Part shown: positions 1 through 7,072 of the stretch, piece after piece | Layout of the letters: each line of letters opens with the position of its first letter | How positions within the stretch are numbered: position 1 is the stretch's first letter | Assembly: GCA_963667145.1 (NCBI GenBank) | Contig: OY762943.1 | Span: 145,459 to 209,458, forward strand | Direction: 5' to 3' | Source of the DNA: Candidatus Cloacimonadota bacterium | GTDB taxonomy: Bacteria; Cloacimonadota; Cloacimonadia; G963667145 | Length of the DNA: 64,000 bases | Notes under the pieces: generated by a model | What the model saw: only the letters and a program-made list of their open reading frames with translations | Databases searched by the model: none | What the model was told of the DNA's origin: nothing | Program-made: the position numbers and the translations under genes

Positions 1-198
1 TACTCACGCCAAGAATTGAAAGATTTGCTCACGGCTAATGGGGGAAAATATCTTTCCACAGTCTCAGCGAAGCTCGATTATCTGATAGTTGGGGAAGCAC
101 CTGGTTCCAAGTTAACCAAAGCCGAGAAACTTGGAACGGTAACAATTGTGCAAGAAGAAGAGTTGTCGAGGTTGTTGGGATTTCACAAATTAATATAG
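1..198 (+). CDS. ligA: NAD-dependent DNA ligase, C-terminal BRCT-domain fragment (5' part of gene upstream of window)
   Basis: Frame open from nt 1 to TAG 196-198. The tail ...KLDYLIVGEAPGSKLTKAEKLGTVTIVQEEEL matches the conserved C-terminal BRCT region of bacterial LigA. Confidence 0.55.
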   Translation, partial: YSRQELKDLLTANGGKYLSTVSAKLDYLIVGEAPGSKLTKAEKLGTVTIVQEEELSRLLGFHKLI

Positions 199-229
199 AA
201 TTGGTTTTTAAGCAAAGAGGAAAATAGTC

Positions 230-2698
230 ATGAATTTATCAGATATACTGAAAGACTCAAATTATAAACTGACACAGTTTACGGAAGAGCAAATTAGAGC
301 TTTTGAGGAAAGTATTTCAACAAAAGAAGTCAGAGGAAAAGAAACTCCGTATGTAAAATGCTTGGTTCGTAATAAAGAAATAAAACTCACACCCGAAGAA
401 ACTGTTCGTCAGCTTTATGTGATGGTGCTTACAAAGGACTTTAGCTATCCTGTTTCTCGAATGGAATTGGAATATGCAGTTACTTTTGGGCGAGAGAAAA
501 AGAGAGCTGATATTGTTATCTTTGATAAAGACAAAACAACTACTCCTTACATTATTGTTGAGCTGAAAAAACCAAAATTGAAAGACGGGAAAGAACAACT
601 AAAATCTTATTGCAATGCTACTGGAGCTCCTATTGGAGTGTGGAGTAATGGCGATTCTATTTCTTATTACCATCGAAAAGATCCAAACTATTTTGAAGAT
701 TTGTCGGCTATACCTAATGCAAATGAAAAACTTTCTGACATACTTTCTGAAAGATGGACGATAAAGGAACTTGCAGAAAAAGATAAACTGTTTAGTGAGA
801 AGAAATCGTTGAAAGATTTGATTTTGGAAATGGAAGATGAAGTTTTGGCAAATGCTGGCGTGGATGTTTTTGAAGAACTTTTCAAGCTGATTTTCACTAA
901 GCTCTATGATGAAATGGAAAGTGGACGACATCCTGAGCGTCATTTGGTTTTTAGGAATTATGGTGATACCGAAACTGAATTGAAAAATAAAATTCAACAT
1001 CTATTTGATAAGGCGAAACAAAAATGGCAGGGAGTTTTCAGCGAAGATAGCAAAATAATGCTTACTCCATCGCACTTGTCGGTTTGCATTTCTTCTCTGC
1101 AAGATGTGAAACTCTTCAATTCCAACCTTGATGTGGTGGATGAGGCTTTTGAATACCTGATAAACAAGAGTAGCAAAGGAGAAAAAGGACAATACTTTAC
1201 GCCTCGCTACGTGATAGATATGTGTGTGAAAATGTTAAATCCCAAAGCAGATGAGAAGATGATAGACACAGCTGCAGGTAGCTGTGGCTTTCCTGTTCAT
1301 TCCATTTTCTATGTATGGGATCAGCAATTAATAGCTCGTGGATTGAGTAAAAGTCATAAGTTTACCACAGAGGAAAAATTCCCAGAGCAAATAGACTATG
1401 TTCGTGAGAATGTGTTTGCTATCGACTTTGATGAAAGAGCTGTGCGTGTGGCTCGGACTTTGAACCTAATAGCAGGCGATGGGCAGACCAATGTGATGCA
1501 TCTAAACACACTCGACTGGGAGCGTTGGGATGAAAAAACAGAAGATGAAGATTGGCAAGACACTTATTATGAAGGTTGGCGAAAGCTGAAGAGACTCAGG
1601 AAGGACAGAAACATTAATCGTGATTTTGAGTTTGATATTTTGATGGCAAATCCTCCATTCGCAGGAGATATTAAGGAAAGCAGAATTTTGGCAAGATACG
1701 AACTCGGCAAAAAGCCCAACGGTAAATATCAAACGAAGGTCGGTAGAGATATTTTGTTTATTGAGCGAAATCTTGATTTTCTGAAAGCTGGTGGACGAAT
1801 GGCAATTGTTCTTCCGCAAGGCAGATTTAACAATAGCAGTGATAAGCAGATTAGAGAATTTATTGCAGAACGGTGCAGGATTTTGGCTGTGGTTGGTTTG
1901 CATGGAAATGTCTTTAAACCACACACTGGCACCAAAACTTCTGTTCTATTGGTGCAGAAGTGGGATGAGCAACTTTGTCCCAAAAAAGAAGATTATCCGA
2001 TTTTCTTTGCCACTATGCAAGAGCCAAGCAAAGATAATAGTGGTGAGAAAATATTTGTACGCAAAAGTGATTTTCCAAAATTCCCCTCCTCGGGAGGGGT
2101 GGTCGAAGGTCGAGGTGGTAATTGTCGCAATTCCAAAAACTATTTTGCTTTGCCTTTCAATCCTGAGTTGAAGGAAAGAGCTAAAGAACTGAGAAAAGCA
2201 GGGAATTTGTCAGAAGTCCTATTTTGGCAACAGGTAAAAAATAAGAAATTTAAGTCTTTAGATTTCGACCGACAAAAAATTATTGGGAACTACATTGTTG
2301 ATTTTTATTGTGCTAATTGTAATCTCGTGATAGAAATAGATGGCGAGAGTCACAATGAAAAAGCTGAATATGATGCTAAAAGAGATTCTTATTTGGAAAG
2401 TTTGGGATTAACTGTAATTCATATTCCTGATATAGATGTTAAGAAGAATTTGAATGGGGTGATGGAGATGCTTTCTAACCACCCCGCCCTAAAGGGCACC
2501 CCTCCAGAGGAGGGGAAAGTGTCTGATGTGGTAGAACATTATGATGCTAATGCCAGCGATTTGAATGAATATTTGCTCGACACACACGGACATCTGATTG
2601 TGAAGCACGACCTTTTTAACCACGATGGACTAACCCAAGACGGCATTGCAGAAGCTTTTGCCGAGTTTGCCAAAAAGGAAAATTTAAGTTTTTTTTAG
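230..2698 (+). CDS. Restriction-modification subunit: N-terminal PD-(D/E)xK nuclease-like domain plus gamma-class N6-adenine DNA methyltransferase (HsdM/BcgIA-like), carrying an in-frame DUF559/Vsr-like endonuclease module (aa ~635-745) before a short C-terminal tail
   Basis: 822 aa. SAM motif I DTAAGSCGF and motif IV NPPFAGD. N-terminal ADIVIFD...YIIVELKKP resembles a PD-(D/E)xK (HsdR_N-type) motif. C-terminal LFWQQ...DFDRQKIIGNYIVDFYC...VIEIDGESH is DUF559-like. RBS aaagagga upstream. Confidence 0.8.
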   Translation: MNLSDILKDSNYKLTQFTEEQIRAFEESISTKEVRGKETPYVKCLVRNKEIKLTPEETVRQLYVMVLTKDFSYPVSRMELEYAVTFGREKKRADIVIFDKDKTTTPYIIVELKKPKLKDGKEQLKSYCNATGAPIGVWSNGDSISYYHRKDPNYFEDLSAIPNANEKLSDILSERWTIKELAEKDKLFSEKKSLKDLILEMEDEVLANAGVDVFEELFKLIFTKLYDEMESGRHPERHLVFRNYGDTETELKNKIQHLFDKAKQKWQGVFSEDSKIMLTPSHLSVCISSLQDVKLFNSNLDVVDEAFEYLINKSSKGEKGQYFTPRYVIDMCVKMLNPKADEKMIDTAAGSCGFPVHSIFYVWDQQLIARGLSKSHKFTTEEKFPEQIDYVRENVFAIDFDERAVRVARTLNLIAGDGQTNVMHLNTLDWERWDEKTEDEDWQDTYYEGWRKLKRLRKDRNINRDFEFDILMANPPFAGDIKESRILARYELGKKPNGKYQTKVGRDILFIERNLDFLKAGGRMAIVLPQGRFNNSSDKQIREFIAERCRILAVVGLHGNVFKPHTGTKTSVLLVQKWDEQLCPKKEDYPIFFATMQEPSKDNSGEKIFVRKSDFPKFPSSGGVVEGRGGNCRNSKNYFALPFNPELKERAKELRKAGNLSEVLFWQQVKNKKFKSLDFDRQKIIGNYIVDFYCANCNLVIEIDGESHNEKAEYDAKRDSYLESLGLTVIHIPDIDVKKNLNGVMEMLSNHPALKGTPPEEGKVSDVVEHYDANASDLNEYLLDTHGHLIVKHDLFNHDGLTQDGIAEAFAEFAKKENLSFF
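2083..2119. repeat. GC-rich palindromic hairpin repeat copy 1 (CCCCTCC-tcg-GGAGGGG + t-GGTCGAAGGTCGAGGTGGT tail), inside the methyltransferase ORF
   Basis: Perfect 7-bp inverted repeat with 3-nt loop. Extended copy is similar to copy 4 at 2747-2783 (15/19 tail identity). Confidence 0.7.
2481..2515. repeat. GC-rich palindromic hairpin repeat copy 2 (GCCCtaaaGGGC followed by CCCCTCC-aga-GGAGGGG), inside the methyltransferase ORF immediately after the DUF559 module
   Basis: Two adjacent short palindromes. The second is the same CCCCTCC/GGAGGGG stem as copies 1, 3 and 4. Confidence 0.65.
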
Positions 2699-2701
2699 TT
2701 T

Positions 2702-2721
2702 CCCCTCCCACTGAGGAGGGG
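2702..2721. repeat. GC-rich palindromic hairpin repeat copy 3 (CCCCTCC-cactga-GGAGGGG), directly after the methyltransferase stop codon
   Basis: Same 7-bp stem. Located 4 nt after TAG 2696-2698. Confidence 0.65.
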
Positions 2722-2724
2722 TGT

Positions 2725-4254
2725 TTGCAAAATGGGACTAAAAATTCCCCTCCTTTGGAGGGGTTGTCGAAGACCGGGGTGGTTGAACCTTTCAACGAAG
2801 CGAAATATAAAGCACTGTTGGAAGGGCTGGAAGCAGTTGAATTAGATAAAAGTATAGTTTTTAAAAATAATAAATACTTGAGAATTGATAATGAATTTTT
2901 CAATAAAAGATTTATTAAAGAAATAATTAAACTTGAGGAAAAGCCTAATGAAAAATTAATTAATATTTCTAATTTAATAACTGACTTTGGGGCTTTTTCG
3001 CAAATGAATTTTGTGAATTATATTGAAAAAGGAGTTCCTTTTATTAGAAATCAAAATGTTAAAGATAATTTAATAGATACTACAGATATTGTTTATGTTG
3101 ACAAGAAAACATACAATAAACTTTCTCTTAAATTAGAAGAAAATGACATTTTAATACCAAGAGCTGGAACATTGGGGAATGCAGCTGTAGTTTCAAAATC
3201 ATTACTTCCTGCTACTGCTAATCAGAATTTAGCTCAAATAAAACCAAATTTGAATAAAATAAAACCATATTATTTAACAACTTTTTTATGTTCAAAATTT
3301 GGATTAAATCAGATAGAAAGATTTTCTACTGGAAATGTTCAACAATGGTTAAATTTAGAAAATATTAACAATATTAAAATTCATATTCCATCAGAAAATT
3401 TTCAAAATTCAATTCATAATAAAATAATTAGTTCAATTGCATTAAAAAACAAATCCAAACTAACCTATTCCCAAGCTGAGAACTTATTACTTGAAACTCT
3501 TGGTTTAAAAAATTTTGAACCAAGCTGTGAGCCTGTAAACATTAAAAGTTTTAAAGAGTCTTTTGGCTCTTCGGGGCGATTAGATGCAGAATATTATCAG
3601 AAAAAGTATGAGGAAATTGAATTTGCTATAAAAAATTATTCAAATGGTTATAAACATTTTGGAAAATTTATAGAAAATTATTCAACAGGCTATCCATACA
3701 AAAGTGAAACTTACATTGAAAAAAAAGGTGTCCCGTTGATTAGAATAAATAATATAAACAAAGGGAATTTAGATATTTCAAACGCAATTCATATTCCTAA
3801 ACAAGACATAAATTTGAGTGTAAAAGATATTGCAGTTGAAAATGATATTTTAATTTCAATGTCTGGAACAATTGGAAATTCTTGTAAAATCCCAAAAGGA
3901 GTAAAAGCAGTAATAAACCAACGAATTATGAGAGTTACTCCGAAAAATTATAACAATGAAGTATTACCATTAATAATAAATTCTCAAATTGGAAATTTAC
4001 AATTGAATCAAATTGGAACAGGTGGCGTTCAAACAAATATTTCATCAAATGACATTAAAAATATTTTGATACCTGTATTAACAGAAAATTCACAACAACA
4101 AATCGCTGATTTGGTTGAAAAAAGTTTCAGCTTAAAGGCTCAATCCGAGCAACTACTCAAAACTGCCAAAAATGCGGTAGAAATCGCCATTGAGGAAAAT
4201 GAAGAGATTGCTATGGAGTATTTAAAACAAGAAGAGAATAAAAATGCCAAATAA
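2725..4254 (+). CDS. hsdS: Restriction-modification specificity subunit (HsdS/BcgIB-like) with two target-recognition domains; N-terminal boundary uncertain
   Basis: Two TRD halves: GVPFIRNQNVKDNLIDTTDIVYV and GVPLIRINNINKGNLDISNAIHIP. These resemble the EcoKI HsdS TRD start IRANNIQNGKFDTTDLVFV. Central and C-terminal helical spacer regions are present. Very AT-rich. The first 20 codons are encoded by hairpin copy 4, so the true start may be downstream (e.g. TTG 2878). Confidence 0.75.
   Translation: MQNGTKNSPPLEGLSKTGVVEPFNEAKYKALLEGLEAVELDKSIVFKNNKYLRIDNEFFNKRFIKEIIKLEEKPNEKLINISNLITDFGAFSQMNFVNYIEKGVPFIRNQNVKDNLIDTTDIVYVDKKTYNKLSLKLEENDILIPRAGTLGNAAVVSKSLLPATANQNLAQIKPNLNKIKPYYLTTFLCSKFGLNQIERFSTGNVQQWLNLENINNIKIHIPSENFQNSIHNKIISSIALKNKSKLTYSQAENLLLETLGLKNFEPSCEPVNIKSFKESFGSSGRLDAEYYQKKYEEIEFAIKNYSNGYKHFGKFIENYSTGYPYKSETYIEKKGVPLIRINNINKGNLDISNAIHIPKQDINLSVKDIAVENDILISMSGTIGNSCKIPKGVKAVINQRIMRVTPKNYNNEVLPLIINSQIGNLQLNQIGTGGVQTNISSNDIKNILIPVLTENSQQQIADLVEKSFSLKAQSEQLLKTAKNAVEIAIEENEEIAMEYLKQEENKNAK
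2747..2783. repeat. GC-rich palindromic hairpin repeat copy 4 (CCCCTCC-ttt-GGAGGGG + t-TGTCGAAGACCGGGGTGGT tail), in the annotated 5' end of the specificity gene
   Basis: Direct repeat of copy 1 including the tail. GC-rich island in a ~25% GC context. Confidence 0.7.
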
Positions 4255-5077
4255 TCAAGAAAATATAAAAAGTTGGATAGAGCAGTCTAAAATAGATTAT
4301 ATTGGACATTATATAAAAGCTTGGATTCCTTTTAATGCTTGGTATAATAATGTATTCCCAAGTTTAAATTCTGACAGAGAGAAAATTTCTGCTATAAAAA
4401 AAGAAGCTAACACAGTTCGAAATGCTATTAATTCTTATATGGAAACAGAAGCACAAGAGGGCTCATCATTTCGTAGTTATATTTCAGGATTATACTTTCA
4501 ATTACAGCAAAATGAAATTTATGGTCGTGATGATAGAATTTGGTTTGAAACAATTTTAAAAGAAAAAAATTCTGATAACTTAATCAATAATGAAGCATTT
4601 AGGCATAATAAATATTACTTATCTCGAACTGATGGTAGAAATCTTGGAGATGTAACGGAGATTAAAGTTGTTTTAAAAAAGAAATCGAATAATCAAACTG
4701 TTTTTACTTATATTCACCCAAATTATGATTTAGAACATTTGCAATCAAATAGTGAATTTAAAAAATTGTCACAAAACCAACAAGAAAATATTAGATTGCT
4801 ATTTGAAAAACTTACGCCAATAAAAACATATTCAATTATAGAAAATAATATAAAAGAAAATCCTAAAAATTATTATGAATGTGATTCTTATAATTTCAGA
4901 AGAGAAGTTTTAGATGAAAATTGCAAATCAATATATGTTTGTAAGGCTCTTATTGAAATATTGTATCAACTGAGAAATGTAGTGTTTCACGGGGAATTAG
5001 TTCCCAATGATGGAGCTCAAAATGTATATAAGGAAGCATACCATCTTTTAAGAATGATTCTTGATAAAATCAGATAA
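4244..5077 (+). CDS. Hypothetical protein with C-terminal HEPN-like R-x4-H motif (possible Abi/DUF4145-type RNase toxin associated with the R-M locus)
   Basis: 277 aa, AT-rich like hsdS. C-terminal helix ALIEILYQLRNVVFHGEL carries R-N-x-x-x-H-G as in HEPN Rx4-6H active sites. Overlaps hsdS stop by 11 nt, suggesting operonic linkage. Confidence 0.4.
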   Translation: MPNNQENIKSWIEQSKIDYIGHYIKAWIPFNAWYNNVFPSLNSDREKISAIKKEANTVRNAINSYMETEAQEGSSFRSYISGLYFQLQQNEIYGRDDRIWFETILKEKNSDNLINNEAFRHNKYYLSRTDGRNLGDVTEIKVVLKKKSNNQTVFTYIHPNYDLEHLQSNSEFKKLSQNQQENIRLLFEKLTPIKTYSIIENNIKENPKNYYECDSYNFRREVLDENCKSIYVCKALIEILYQLRNVVFHGELVPNDGAQNVYKEAYHLLRMILDKIR

Positions 5078-5146
5078 ATTTAGTTTCCAACAAATCTTTC
5101 GATTTAGATTTACATTTTATCAGCACATTTTTCAAAAAGCATCGTT

Positions 5147-6796
5147 ATGAATTCAATATTTAAGCCGAAATTTTTTACAGTCCTGAGAGCAGGAATTGGA
5201 AAGAAGCAGATAGTCGTCGACATCTTGTCGGGAATAGTCGTTGGCATTGTCGCTTTGCCTTTGGCGATAGCGTTCGCCGTGGCTTCTGGTGTGTCTCCCG
5301 AAAAAGGTCTGATTACAGCCATTGTAGCTGGATTTATCATCTCTTTGCTTGGTGGCAGTCGCGTGCAGATTGGAGGTCCGACTGGTGCCTTCATCGTCAT
5401 AGTTTATGGAATCGTTGAGACTTATGGGATAGATGGTCTTATCATTTCCACTATTTTGGCGGGAGTGATTTTGATTATTTTTGGACTGCTGAAAATGGGT
5501 ACTTTGCTCAAATTTTTTCCGCATTCTTTGATAGTTGGCTTCACCAGTGGGATAGCTGTGACGATTTTTTCCACGCAAATCAAGGACGCCTTGGGTCTGT
5601 CCATTGCCAAAGTTCCGTCCGAATTTTATCAGAAGTGGCTTGTGTATTTTGCAAATATCTCACAGGTGAACTGGACTGCTATTGCCATCACTGTGTTCAC
5701 GATTTTGGTAACTTTCCATTCCAAAAAATTCACCTCCAAAATTCCCGGTTCGTTCTTGGCGATTGTCATCGTTACGCCTTTGGTCTATTTTTTGCAGTTG
5801 GATGTGGCGACCATCGAGACTTTTTTCGGTGCAATTCCCAGTAGCTTCAGCTTTGCGTTTCCGCGAGTTAGCCTTGGCGATTTGCACAACTACATCGCAC
5901 CTGCTCTGACCATCGCTTTGCTTGGCGGAATAGAATCTTTGCTCTCGGCTGTGGTTGCGGACGGCATGATTAGTGGCAAGCATCGTTCCAACACGGAATT
6001 GATAGCTCAGGGGATAGCGAATATTGTAACGCCATTTTTCGGTGGAATCCCTGCCACAGGTGCTATAGCTCGCACAGCCACGAATGTGAAAAACGGGGGA
6101 AGAACTCCGATTTCTGGCATGGTGCATGCTCTCACGTTGCTGTTGATAATGCTCTTCCTCGGTCGCTGGGCAAAGCTGATTCCCATGTCGTGCTTGGCTG
6201 GAATTTTGATAGTGGTTTCCTACAATATGAGCGAGTGGCGGTCATTTGTGGCGATTTTGCGTGGCTCTTATTTCGATGTTCTTATTTTGCTCACAACATT
6301 TTTGATTACCGTGTTTTTCGATTTGACTTTGGCAATTGAAGTTGGCGTTATGCTCTCAGCAATTCTTTTCATGAAGCGGATGTCCGATATTAGCGAAAAG
6401 CGGATTGAGGATGTTGTGGATAACGATATTCTGGACAATTATTCCGACTTGCCCAGAGAGATAAAAATTTATGAGATAAGCGGACCTTTATTTTTTGCGT
6501 GTGCCAGAACTTATTCCGAGGCTATTGCCGAGATAGGATTGCGGTGCAAGGTGCTTATCATCAGGATGCGTCACGTTTCTTTTATCGACCAGACAGGCTT
6601 GCACAATTTGCACGATGTTTTGTCTATTTTGCGGAAGAAAAATATCTCCGTGATTATCTCTGGTGTTAATGCCGAAGTCAAGGAAGAACTGATAAATCAC
6701 CGTTTTGACGATTTGATTTCCCCAGAGTTGATAGTGGACAATTTCAAAGTTGCTACCGAAAAAGGCAAAGAGATTTTGCAGGCTAACGAGTCCTAA
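5147..6796 (+). CDS. SulP-family inorganic anion (sulfate/bicarbonate) permease with C-terminal STAS domain
   Basis: 549 aa, about 10 predicted TM segments. N-terminal GIVVGIVALPLAIAFAVASGVSPEKGLITAIVAGF is the SulP signature region. C-terminal STAS-like fold. Confidence 0.85.
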   Translation: MNSIFKPKFFTVLRAGIGKKQIVVDILSGIVVGIVALPLAIAFAVASGVSPEKGLITAIVAGFIISLLGGSRVQIGGPTGAFIVIVYGIVETYGIDGLIISTILAGVILIIFGLLKMGTLLKFFPHSLIVGFTSGIAVTIFSTQIKDALGLSIAKVPSEFYQKWLVYFANISQVNWTAIAITVFTILVTFHSKKFTSKIPGSFLAIVIVTPLVYFLQLDVATIETFFGAIPSSFSFAFPRVSLGDLHNYIAPALTIALLGGIESLLSAVVADGMISGKHRSNTELIAQGIANIVTPFFGGIPATGAIARTATNVKNGGRTPISGMVHALTLLLIMLFLGRWAKLIPMSCLAGILIVVSYNMSEWRSFVAILRGSYFDVLILLTTFLITVFFDLTLAIEVGVMLSAILFMKRMSDISEKRIEDVVDNDILDNYSDLPREIKIYEISGPLFFACARTYSEAIAEIGLRCKVLIIRMRHVSFIDQTGLHNLHDVLSILRKKNISVIISGVNAEVKEELINHRFDDLISPELIVDNFKVATEKGKEILQANES

Positions 6797-6918
6797 ATTT
6801 ATTTTTTGGAAAAAGTGATTGACACTGAACTCAATAATTTATCGAGTGAATGAAAGTGATTAAGATTTACGGAGATAAGAGAGTGAGAAACAATATCGGA
6901 CACGAAGCAGTAGCTAAC

Positions 6919-6987
6919 ATGATGATGCGAATGTATGGCATGATGATGAGCATGCCTGTTGCTGTTCGGTGGCGTTTTTTGGTTTGA
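6919..6987 (+). CDS. Candidate Met-codon-rich leader peptide MMMRMYGMMMSMPVAVRWRFLV (8 Met in 22 codons)
   Basis: ATGATGATGCGAATGTATGGCATGATGATGAGCATG... read directly from the sequence. Lies 85 nt upstream of a homocysteine/methionine biosynthesis operon and is followed by a terminator-like hairpin. No strong SD, so speculative. Confidence 0.3.
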   Translation: MMMRMYGMMMSMPVAVRWRFLV

Positions 6988-7008
6988 TTTCCAGTTGAGA
7001 CTGGATAG

Positions 7009-7046
7009 AAAAGGAGTCATCGGACAAAACGGTGGCTCCTTTTTTA
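7009..7046 (+). terminator. Hairpin + U-tract (AAAAGGAG...CTCCTTTTTT) between leader ORF and DUF39 gene; candidate attenuator terminator
   Basis: 7-8 bp stem (aaaaggag/ctcctttt), about 19-nt loop, T5-6 run, 26 nt before ATG 7073. Preceded by small hairpin CCAGTtgagACTGG at 6991-7004. Confidence 0.35.
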
Positions 7047-7072
7047 GTAAATAATTAGAGAGGAAATAGAAG

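Noticed and set aside
230-5077. Classical Type I hsdR
   Set aside because: No ORF in the window carries SF2 helicase motifs (Walker A/DEAD plus a restriction endonuclease domain). The R-M locus is flanked by housekeeping genes, ligA and sulP, on both sides.
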